A stretch of DNA of 54,159 nt, taken from positions 1 through 54,159 of the forward strand of contig CAYVXT010000034.1 in the NCBI GenBank assembly GCA_964455485.1, given 5' to 3'. The notes below the pieces were generated by a model. The model had not been told where the DNA came from. It ran no database searches and saw nothing but the letters and a program-made list of their open reading frames with translations. The translations under genes were made by a program, and so were the position numbers. Each line of letters opens with the position of its first letter. Position 1 is the first letter of the stretch. This DNA comes from an uncultured Candidatus Saccharibacteria bacterium. GTDB lineage: Bacteria > Patescibacteriota > Minisyncoccia > Phycocordibacterales > WO2-35-19. Positions 17,667 through 24,719 of the stretch are shown one piece after another.

Positions 17667-18893
17667 ATGTTTGGCCTAAAAAAGAAAGAAGTAATAATAG
17701 ACAATGTAAAAATAGATGAAATTTTAGAGAGAGGAATTGAGAATATTTTTCCGAACAAGGAATTCTTAAAATCTAAATTAATGAAGGGTGAACGTATATC
17801 TATCTATCTTGGTATTGATCCAACTGGGCCAACACTTCATTTAGGGCACGTCATACCACTCATAAAGTTGGGTCAACTCCAAGAGTTGGGACACCAAATA
17901 ATACTCCTTATGGGAGATTTCACTGCAACAATAGGTGACCCTACAGGTAAAGATGCCGTAAGAAAGCAGCTTACACACGAAGAAGTAATGAATAATTTGA
18001 AGGAGTACAAAAATCAGGCGTCAAAATTCATTTCATTTAATGGAAGTAATCCAGCTATTTTCAAATTCAATTCTGAGTGGTTAAAAAGAATGGATTTTAC
18101 TGATATTTTAAAACTCACATCCCTTATGACTGTGGATCAAATGATGAAGCGTGATATGTTTGTAAGACGTTCAGAAGAGGGAAGACCTATACACATACAC
18201 GAGTTCTTATATCCCTTAATGCAAGGTTTCGATTCAGTTGCCATGGATGTTGATGGGGAGATCGGCGGAAATGATCAAACATTCAATATGTTGGTTGGGA
18301 GGGATTTGTTAAAAACCTTAAAAAGTAAAGATAAATTTGTAATTGCTACAAAACTTTTGGTTGATTCGAATGGAAAGAAAATGGGAAAAACAGAAGGAAA
18401 TATGGTTTCTTTAGACCAGAACCCAGAAGAAATGTTTGGTAGAGTAATGAGTTGGGGAGACGGTCTCTTACTAAATGCATTTGAATTAGTTACAAAGATG
18501 CCCATAAACGAGATCAAGACTATAAAAGAAAAGTTGGAAAATGGTGAAAATCCAAAAGATATAAAAGTAATACTAGCATCAGAAATAGTGAAGATGTATT
18601 ACGGAGAAAAGGAAGCGGGTGAGGCGGCAAAAAAATTTGAAACAACTTTTAGTAAGGGTGAATTTCCAGAAGACGCCCCAGTATTTGAAGCCCCAAAAGA
18701 AGAATTTTTATATGAAATCATATTAAAGAATGATTTAGTTTCATCTAAATCAGAATGGAGAAGGTTGGTTGAGGCTGGTGCTGTGTCAGGCTACCCAGAT
18801 ATAAAAATTCATGATCCAAACCATAAAATAGGGGAAAGTGAAATGAAATTAAAGATAGGTAAAAAAGTATTTGTTATTATAAAACCCAAATAA
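17667..18893 (+). CDS. tyrS: tyrosine--tRNA ligase
   Basis: GIDPTGPTLHLGH (HIGH), GDFTATIGDPTGK, KMGKT (KMSKS-like), and a C-terminal S4-like domain. Confidence 0.85.
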   Translation: MFGLKKKEVIIDNVKIDEILERGIENIFPNKEFLKSKLMKGERISIYLGIDPTGPTLHLGHVIPLIKLGQLQELGHQIILLMGDFTATIGDPTGKDAVRKQLTHEEVMNNLKEYKNQASKFISFNGSNPAIFKFNSEWLKRMDFTDILKLTSLMTVDQMMKRDMFVRRSEEGRPIHIHEFLYPLMQGFDSVAMDVDGEIGGNDQTFNMLVGRDLLKTLKSKDKFVIATKLLVDSNGKKMGKTEGNMVSLDQNPEEMFGRVMSWGDGLLLNAFELVTKMPINEIKTIKEKLENGENPKDIKVILASEIVKMYYGEKEAGEAAKKFETTFSKGEFPEDAPVFEAPKEEFLYEIILKNDLVSSKSEWRRLVEAGAVSGYPDIKIHDPNHKIGESEMKLKIGKKVFVIIKPK

Positions 18894-18896
18894 AAC

Positions 18897-18921
18897 AAAA
18901 ACTCGGTGTTACCGAGTTTTT
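18897..18921. terminator. bidirectional rho-independent terminator
   Basis: aaaaactcggt-gtt-accgagttttt forms an 11-bp stem with A/T runs on both sides. It lies between the convergent tyrS and the acidic ORF. Confidence 0.75.
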
Positions 18922-18930
18922 GTTTGAAAA

Positions 18931-19125
18931 CTATAAATCAGGTTCATCTTCTTCGTCTTCCTCACCTAAGTCCTCATCTTCTTCGTCTTCCTCACCTATG
19001 TCCTCATCTTCTTCTTCTGGCTCACCTTTTCCTTTTAGAGTTATTTCATCTCCGTCACTATCATCTTCATCTTCTATAATCTTTTTTGGGTCCAACTCAT
19101 CGTCTATCAATTCTTCTTCGCTCAT
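18931..19125 (-). CDS. small, extremely acidic protein (Asp/Glu-rich) encoded partly by 30-bp tandem repeats
   Basis: MSEEELIDDELDPKKIIEDEDDSDGDEITLKGKGEPEEEDEDIGEEDEEDEDLGEEDEEDEPDL. It is the last ORF of the ruvB-yebC-ruvC strand and ends at the shared terminator. 30-bp units at 18944-18973 and 18974-19003 differ at one base, with a partial third unit. Low complexity leaves the coding status uncertain. Confidence 0.45.
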   Translation of the reverse strand: MSEEELIDDELDPKKIIEDEDDSDGDEITLKGKGEPEEEDEDIGEEDEEDEDLGEEDEEDEPDL

Positions 19126-19194
19126 TTTAAAAAATTAATTTCTAATTTGCTTCGTTAGTAATATTTATCACAGTAATATAAATTTGCAAATATA

Positions 19195-19692
19195 TTATGA
19201 AGGGATTTTTGTGGATAAGATGGCTGAGCAGGCTATAGCTGAGGCTATAGCATCGTACTCATCATCCAACCTTTTTTGTTTTTTGAGCTTCACTAACATT
19301 TCTACCATCCTTATAACTTGTTTTTTGTCGCTTTTACCATAACCAGTCACCGCTACTTTTATTTGGTTTGGATTTAATTCTAAAACCCTTAATCCGTTTT
19401 TGGAGGCGACAAAACTAATAACACCTCTTGCTTCCGCTACTTGCATAGCGGTTTTTTGATTTCTACTAAAAAGAAGAGTTTCAAGGGATAGGATTTCAGG
19501 ATTGAATTTATCAATAATATATTCTATTTGTTTTCCAAGCTCGGCAAGTCTTGATGTGTGGGGTAGTTTTGGATTTGTTTCAAAACATTCAGAATGTAAA
19601 ATGGTGGGTTTGCTATTCTCAATTTTAATAACAGCGATACCTATGCGCCCATATCCAGGATCGATTCCTAAAATTATTGGATTATGATTCAT
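19195..19692 (-). CDS. ruvC: crossover junction endodeoxyribonuclease RuvC
   Basis: ILGIDPGYGRIGIAVI N-terminus, ~165 aa, next to yebC and ruvB. Confidence 0.9.
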   Translation of the reverse strand: MNHNPIILGIDPGYGRIGIAVIKIENSKPTILHSECFETNPKLPHTSRLAELGKQIEYIIDKFNPEILSLETLLFSRNQKTAMQVAEARGVISFVASKNGLRVLELNPNQIKVAVTGYGKSDKKQVIRMVEMLVKLKKQKRLDDEYDAIASAIACSAILSTKIPS

Positions 19693-19699
19693 GATTTAT

Positions 19700-20233
19700 C
19701 TACTCTGCATTTGTATATACTTCTTGGACCTCATCATTTTCTTCTAGTTCGTCTATTATTTTTGAAAGTTGTTCTCCTTGTGATTCCGAAATTTGAACTG
19801 TGGTTTTAGGTAACCATTCACCACCTGGGTTTTTTTGAAATGCCCACACTGCAGATCCTGGGGTGGCAAGCTCAAAACCATTTTTTGTAAGTATATGTTT
19901 TATTTCCTGGGCCGCCTTATTTCTGTTGTTAGTAAGTGCTTGTATTATAATAGCCGAACCTCCCGGGCCATATGCCTCATATGTTATTTGTTCCTCACTT
20001 TCACCCTCTCCTCCGGCGCCTTTTTTGATTGCTCTTTCAATGTTGTCTCCTGGTACGTTTGCTTCTTTTGCTTTTTCTATTGCTGTACGTAAACCAGGTG
20101 AATTTGTGTCGCCTTTTGCTAGCTTGGACTCAACCGCAATAGCTCGTACAAGCTTTCCAAAAATTTTGCTTTTTTGGGCATCTGTTACGGCCTTCTTGTT
20201 TTTAATTTTTGACCATTTATTATGTCCTGACAT
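19700..20233 (-). CDS. yebC: YebC/PmpR-family protein (short form)
   Basis: MSGHNKWSKIKNKKAVTDAQKSKIFGKLVRAI is the canonical YebC N-terminus. At 177 aa it is shorter than the usual ~240 aa. Confidence 0.85.
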   Translation of the reverse strand: MSGHNKWSKIKNKKAVTDAQKSKIFGKLVRAIAVESKLAKGDTNSPGLRTAIEKAKEANVPGDNIERAIKKGAGGEGESEEQITYEAYGPGGSAIIIQALTNNRNKAAQEIKHILTKNGFELATPGSAVWAFQKNPGGEWLPKTTVQISESQGEQLSKIIDELEENDEVQEVYTNAE

Positions 20234-20280
20234 GTTGCAAGAATAATCAATTATAAAGTAAGAATCAAGATTTAAGTTTT

Positions 20281-21342
20281 TTACAAAAGCTTTTCCTGAA
20301 TATTTTCAGGGTAGGGAAGTCCAATGTGGTTGTACGCAAGCTTCGTTAAAACCCTTCCACGAGATGTTCTTTCTATAAACCCGATTTGAAGGAGGTATGG
20401 CTCATGAAATTCTTCGATGGTTGACTCTTCTTCTGAAAGGGAAGCCGCTATGGTGTTTAGGCCAACTGGTCCACCTCTAAATTTTTCGGCAATACATGCC
20501 AACAATATTCGATCTGAATTGTTCAATCCAATATGGTCTATTCCTAAAAGATCAAAGGCTGATTCAACAATCTTCTCATCGATATTTTTCTTCTCAACCT
20601 GAGCATAATCTCTAGCCCGTTTTAATAAGTAGTTTGCTGTCCTGGGAGTAGCTCTACTCCTTTTTGCAATTGATGAAGCGGTGACCTTGTCTACAGGCAT
20701 CCCTAATATTTCTGCAGAACGCATTATTATTTTCTCTATTTCTGATTGTTGATAAAACTCAAGCCTAAACACTCCACCTGAAAAACGACTTCTTAGTGGG
20801 GAGGAAATATTTGCAAGTTTTGTTGTTGCACCAATTAATGTAAAAGGTGGCAGCTCAAGTTGTATGGTTCGAGCACTAGGACCTTTACCTATTATTATAT
20901 CAAGTACCCCTGATTCCATAGCTGGATAAAGAACCTCCTCTATTGATTTATTTAGCCTGTGTATTTCATCTATAAAAAGAATGTCTCCTGAAGAAAGATT
21001 TGTAAGTATTGAAGCAAGGTCGCCCACTTTTTCAATTGCTGGCCCGGAGGTTGACCTCATCTGGCTACCGGTCTCTTTAGCTATAAGATGGGCTAAAGTG
21101 GTTTTACCGAGCCCTGGAGGGCCATAAAATAGTAGGTGCTCTGGAGGATGAGATCTTTCTTTAGCCGCTGAGAGTAATATTTTTAAGTTTTTCTTAATAT
21201 TTTCTTGCCCAATATATTCTTCCCAAGAAGCTGGACGTAAAGTTTGGTCTAGAAAATCAAAATCTCGCTTTAGTTCCTGGTTATCTTCATTGTTATTTAA
21301 CTTTGTTGACATGGTATTTGGGATTGCCTTATAATTAGGCAT
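20281..21342 (-). CDS. ruvB: Holliday junction branch migration ATPase RuvB
   Basis: Walker A GPPGLGKTTLA, DEIHRL, and a C-terminal winged helix. The true start may be the internal Met (MSTKLNN). Confidence 0.95.
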   Translation of the reverse strand: MPNYKAIPNTMSTKLNNNEDNQELKRDFDFLDQTLRPASWEEYIGQENIKKNLKILLSAAKERSHPPEHLLFYGPPGLGKTTLAHLIAKETGSQMRSTSGPAIEKVGDLASILTNLSSGDILFIDEIHRLNKSIEEVLYPAMESGVLDIIIGKGPSARTIQLELPPFTLIGATTKLANISSPLRSRFSGGVFRLEFYQQSEIEKIIMRSAEILGMPVDKVTASSIAKRSRATPRTANYLLKRARDYAQVEKKNIDEKIVESAFDLLGIDHIGLNNSDRILLACIAEKFRGGPVGLNTIAASLSEEESTIEEFHEPYLLQIGFIERTSRGRVLTKLAYNHIGLPYPENIQEKLL

Positions 21343-21376
21343 GTTGATTATACCAATCCGAGCGCAGTATTAGGGG

Positions 21377-21405
21377 TTGACATATTTTTTGGTATATGCT
21401 ATACT
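21377..21405 (+). promoter_or_regulatory. consensus sigma-70-type promoter (TTGACA-17 nt-TATACT)
   Basis: ttgaca at 21377-21382, a 17-nt spacer, and tatact at 21400-21405. It points away from ruvB into a non-coding gap. Confidence 0.65.
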
Positions 21406-21411
21406 TCCAGT

Positions 21412-21625
21412 GAAATTGAAAGTTTTATTTGGAGGTACAAATCTCTAAGCGGCGGTTCGCCTAGAGCGAATTTTGACATTAAATCAAGGAATTGCCGGTA
21501 CCACTTTCGAGAGGCCAGCTAGCTTTCTCCTCAGAATAATGTTTTGCTTTCGGTATTATTATTGAAAGTGCCGCTTAGAGATTTGTGTCCCCAAAAAATG
21601 AACGTACCCTTTTAGGGTATTTTTC
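21412..21625 (+). ncRNA. unclassified structured RNA (~215 nt) with its own promoter and terminator
   Basis: A perfect 17-bp closing helix: acaaatctctaagcggc (21437-21453) pairs with gccgcttagagatttgt (21570-21586) and can be extended by G-C/G-U pairs. Internal hairpins include ttcgc-ctaga-gcgaa and aataat...attatt. The terminator taccct-ttt-agggta+TTTTT lies at 21605-21625. No ORF is present and both flanking genes are on the other strand. Confidence 0.55.
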
Positions 21626-21685
21626 ATTATTCATAAATTGTGGCACCAAGCAATTTATTTTGTGTATAACTTTTGTTTAAAAATT

Positions 21686-23365
21686 TTAAGTCTCAATATC
21701 AATTACTCTCCCTAATTCATCAATAGATGTTATACCTCCCAAAATCTTCAAAACTCCATCTTGAAGCATTGTTAGTATGCCTTGGTTTTGAGCAGCGCTA
21801 CTAATCTCTCTTTCGCTTGGATTGTTTATTACTACTTCTTCGATTTTTTCATCTATCAAAACAGCTTCATATATACCAGTTCTACCTTTATATCCTGTAA
21901 AATTACATTTCTCACATCCTACAGGTCCATAAACATTTTTTACATCAGCTTCTTTAATGAGTGTTTTGTCTTGAATGCTAGATAAAACTTTATTAATAAT
22001 TTCCTTATCCTTTTCAGGCACATCAATAATTTTTTTGCAGTTTTGGCATAATTTACGCACCAATCTTTGTGCCATTGCTATATTTATAGCTGAAGTAATA
22101 ACTTTAGGGTTTATACCCAAGTCAATTAGGCGTGGGAAAGTCCCGGCAGCATTATTTGTGTGTAATGTTGAGAAAACTAAGTGACCCGTAAGAGCTGAAT
22201 TTATTGCAATCTCAGCTGTTTCGTCATCTCTAATTTCGCCCACCATTATAATGTCAGGATCTTGACGTAGGGCGCTGCGCAAACCTTCTGCAAAAGTATA
22301 ACCCTTCTCCTCATCAGTTTGTGTTTGCACTATGCCCTTAAGGTGATATTCGATCGGATTTTCAATCGTAATTATTTTAACTTCAGGAGTGTGCATTTTT
22401 TTTAGGAACGCATAGAGGGTGGTGCTTTTACCTGAACCTGTTGGTCCAGTGTTCAATATCATTCCGTTTGGTTTTTTTAATTCTTTTTCAATTATACTAA
22501 GCAGCTTTTGGTTTATACCAAGATCTTCAAAAGAAACACCAATAGCGTTTGGGTTCAATACTCTAAGTACTACGGATTCTCCGTATCCTCCAGGTAAGAG
22601 GGAAGTACGTATTTCTATCTCGATATCGCCGAGTTTAATGCTAAATCTTCCATCCTGAGCCTTCTCACGCACATTTAGTTTTAAGTTTGAAATAAGTTTG
22701 ATTCTTGATAGTAGTAAGTTGTAAATGTTTGGTTCAATCTCTAAAATATCATTTAAAACCCCATCCATTCGATATCTTAATCTTACCGAATTGTCCTCAG
22801 GTTCTATATGGATATCAGAAGCTCCTACTGAAATAGCTCCAGCCAATATAATTTCTAAAATACGTGTTATTCGGTAACTCTTTTTTTCTTTTATAACTAA
22901 TTCAATTGAATTTTTTATGTCTTGAACTGTTTTAACATCCTTAACTAAATTTTGAATTTCATCGTTCGATATATCAAGTGAACCTCCTTTTGTTTCCATT
23001 GAATAAGAAAGGTCTTTGTATCTATCCCATATTTTTTGAAGGCTTTGATGAGAAGCCATAAAAATCTCAACCAAATAACCACGCGACTTCAAGTTTTCAA
23101 TAACCTCAGTCGTTTTGCTTGTGTTCGGTGAAATGATGGCTAAATAAACACGCTTGTTAACTATATTAAAAGGGGCAACCTCAGCCTCACGTGCCACGTC
23201 TTCTTTTACAACACGCAAAGCATCGATGTTTACTGGATTAACATCAAGATCAATGTAAGAGATCCCATATTTTTGGGCCATTAGTTTGGCAAGCCCCTCT
23301 TCTTCCTCTTCTCTCAAATCACCAAGTTTTTGACGTTGTTTACCTTCATTAAATTCAATTACCAT
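21686..23365 (-). CDS. pilB: type IV pilus / type II secretion assembly ATPase (PilB/GspE family)
   Basis: Walker A GPTGSGKSTTL, Asp box, Walker B IIMVGEIRD, His box LVFSTLHTN, and the tetracysteine motif CQNC...CEKC. Confidence 0.9.
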   Translation of the reverse strand: MVIEFNEGKQRQKLGDLREEEEEGLAKLMAQKYGISYIDLDVNPVNIDALRVVKEDVAREAEVAPFNIVNKRVYLAIISPNTSKTTEVIENLKSRGYLVEIFMASHQSLQKIWDRYKDLSYSMETKGGSLDISNDEIQNLVKDVKTVQDIKNSIELVIKEKKSYRITRILEIILAGAISVGASDIHIEPEDNSVRLRYRMDGVLNDILEIEPNIYNLLLSRIKLISNLKLNVREKAQDGRFSIKLGDIEIEIRTSLLPGGYGESVVLRVLNPNAIGVSFEDLGINQKLLSIIEKELKKPNGMILNTGPTGSGKSTTLYAFLKKMHTPEVKIITIENPIEYHLKGIVQTQTDEEKGYTFAEGLRSALRQDPDIIMVGEIRDDETAEIAINSALTGHLVFSTLHTNNAAGTFPRLIDLGINPKVITSAINIAMAQRLVRKLCQNCKKIIDVPEKDKEIINKVLSSIQDKTLIKEADVKNVYGPVGCEKCNFTGYKGRTGIYEAVLIDEKIEEVVINNPSEREISSAAQNQGILTMLQDGVLKILGGITSIDELGRVIDIET

Positions 23366-23439
23366 AAAACAATTATAACAAAAAATAACCCACCACTAAC
23401 TATTTTATTTTCCAAATTAAGGGGAAAACCCGACTTACC

Positions 23440-23469
23440 TTGACTTTTATATATAAATTATGATATAAT
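23440..23469 (+). promoter_or_regulatory. promoter for the GC-rich lipoprotein gene (TTGACT-18 nt-TGaTATAAT)
   Basis: ttgact at 23440-23445 and an extended -10 tgatataat at 23461-23469, followed by a strong SD ggagga at 23477-23482, 5 nt before the ATG. Confidence 0.55.
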
Positions 23470-23487
23470 ATAGGATGGAGGAGAACG

Positions 23488-24102
23488 ATGAACATTCAGA
23501 TTCAGAAAGTCGCGGTCATTTTGATCGCTTTCATGTTTTTTTTCGGGTGTGCAACCCGGAAGATCCAGGTGGTGCACGTGCCAGTTGCACCCGGAATGTC
23601 AAAAGAAGAGGTAAAAGCGGCTGAGCAGTCTGCCATCCGGTTGGTGGAAGATCGCGAGAGGCAGGCCCGGTATCGGGCGAACTTGCAGCTTAGGTGCCCA
23701 AATCCAGCAGACGAACAAAATGTTCGTATTCACCCCATTGCGGGCGATACGGGTGTTTTGCGCTCACGGCAGTATATAAAGGTGTTGACGACAAACACCA
23801 GCCCGTACCCAGTGAGAATTGATTTGCCCGGTATGGGCACATACGTGGAAAACCTCACTTTTGGGTGCACAATTAATCTTGTGCGTCGCCTCGATGTTTA
23901 CAGGTATGGTGATGAAAATTACCTCACCTTTTTCTTTGAGGTGACTGCGTATAACAAAGAAGGGCAGATATATAAAGACAGGAGCGAAACATTCAACCTG
24001 AGTGCCTTTGGAGGAAATTCTTCCAGAGGCGCAAGTTGGATAATAAAGATCAGCCCCCTCGATATGGGTACGAGGAGGGTTGAGGAGAATCGGCGTTACT
24101 GA
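23488..24102 (+). CDS. hypothetical lipoprotein of visibly foreign (GC-rich) composition
   Basis: Signal peptide with lipobox (AFMFFFGC). The coding sequence is clearly richer in G+C than all neighbours. Strong SD and a GC-rich terminator. No family recognised. Confidence 0.7.
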   Translation: MNIQIQKVAVILIAFMFFFGCATRKIQVVHVPVAPGMSKEEVKAAEQSAIRLVEDRERQARYRANLQLRCPNPADEQNVRIHPIAGDTGVLRSRQYIKVLTTNTSPYPVRIDLPGMGTYVENLTFGCTINLVRRLDVYRYGDENYLTFFFEVTAYNKEGQIYKDRSETFNLSAFGGNSSRGASWIIKISPLDMGTRRVEENRRY

Positions 24103-24116
24103 TTCTCGAAATATTC

Positions 24117-24157
24117 AATCCCGCCGAGGCGCAGTGAGTGCCTCTCGGCGGGATTTT
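24117..24157 (+). terminator. GC-rich rho-independent terminator
   Basis: aatcccgccgag (24117-24128) pairs with ctcggcgggatt (24144-24155), a 12-bp stem followed by TTTTGTTTG. Confidence 0.8.
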
Positions 24158-24230
24158 GTTTGTTATGACTTTTGCGTCTGTAGTACCTGTACCGCGTAGC
24201 ATAAGACGAGTGGTATGGTAGAATCAGTCC

Positions 24231-24710
24231 ATGGAATTTTTGGCCAAAAATGAAGAAGAAACTGCTAAGTTGGCACATGATTTTGCTATAAAATTAGGGC
24301 CTAATGACGAGTCAGCTCAAGTGGTTGGACTTTACGGTGAGCTCGGGGCTGGCAAAACTACTTTTATGAAATATTTAGCTAAAAGTTTAGGGGTTAAAGA
24401 AACAATTCAAAGCCCTACATTTGTGATAATGAAAAAGTATGAGTTGAAAAGCGCAAGTAAAAAGGCGCAAGTTAAAGACACTTTTAAACTTGCGCCTTTT
24501 TACTTTCAAACTCTCATTCATATCGATGCGTATAGAATCGAGAACGATAACGAAATGATTAATTTGGGGTGGGAGGAAATTATAAACGATCCAAAAAACT
24601 TAGTTTTTGTTGAGTGGCCAGAGAGAATCGCTGGTGTTATGCCAAAACACACGAAAATATCTTTCAATCATATAAATGAAAACGAAAGAAATATAAAAAT
24701 AGAATCATGA
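24231..24710 (+). CDS. tsaE: tRNA threonylcarbamoyladenosine biosynthesis protein TsaE, with an internal repeat-encoded insert
   Basis: GELGAGKTTF P-loop, SPTFVIMKKY, LIHIDAYR, and VEWPE. About 17-20 extra residues (ELKSASKKAQVKDTFKLAPFYFQT) lie between the SPTF and H.D.YR motifs. Confidence 0.85.
   Translation: MEFLAKNEEETAKLAHDFAIKLGPNDESAQVVGLYGELGAGKTTFMKYLAKSLGVKETIQSPTFVIMKKYELKSASKKAQVKDTFKLAPFYFQTLIHIDAYRIENDNEMINLGWEEIINDPKNLVFVEWPERIAGVMPKHTKISFNHINENERNIKIES
24441..24513. repeat. palindromic element inserted in-frame within tsaE
   Basis: aagtaaaaaggcgcaagtt (24455-24473) and aacttgcgcctttttactt (24487-24505) form a perfect 19-bp inverted repeat around a 13-nt loop. The outer arms gagttgaaaag / ctttcaaactc are partly complementary. 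Confidence 0.8.
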
Positions 24711-24719
24711 ATTAAAAGT

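Noticed and set aside
18920-19138. Plus-strand 72-aa poly-serine ORF.
   Set aside because: It is the antisense reading of the acidic repeat ORF. It starts inside the tyrS terminator hairpin and would read against the operon direction. The minus-strand acidic ORF is the more plausible, though still uncertain, reading.
19835-20246. Plus-strand ORFs 19835-20092 and 19863-20246.
   Set aside because: They are antisense to the well-conserved yebC gene, with hydrophobic low-complexity products and no independent signals.
21412-21625. Identification of the orphan RNA as SRP RNA, tmRNA or RNase P RNA.
   Set aside because: There is no GGAA-tetraloop/AGCA domain IV motif, no tRNA-like 3' end or tag ORF, and it is far too short for RNase P with no GGAAAGUCC-type P4 sequence. 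I left it unclassified, with 6S- or Y-like only as a hypothesis.
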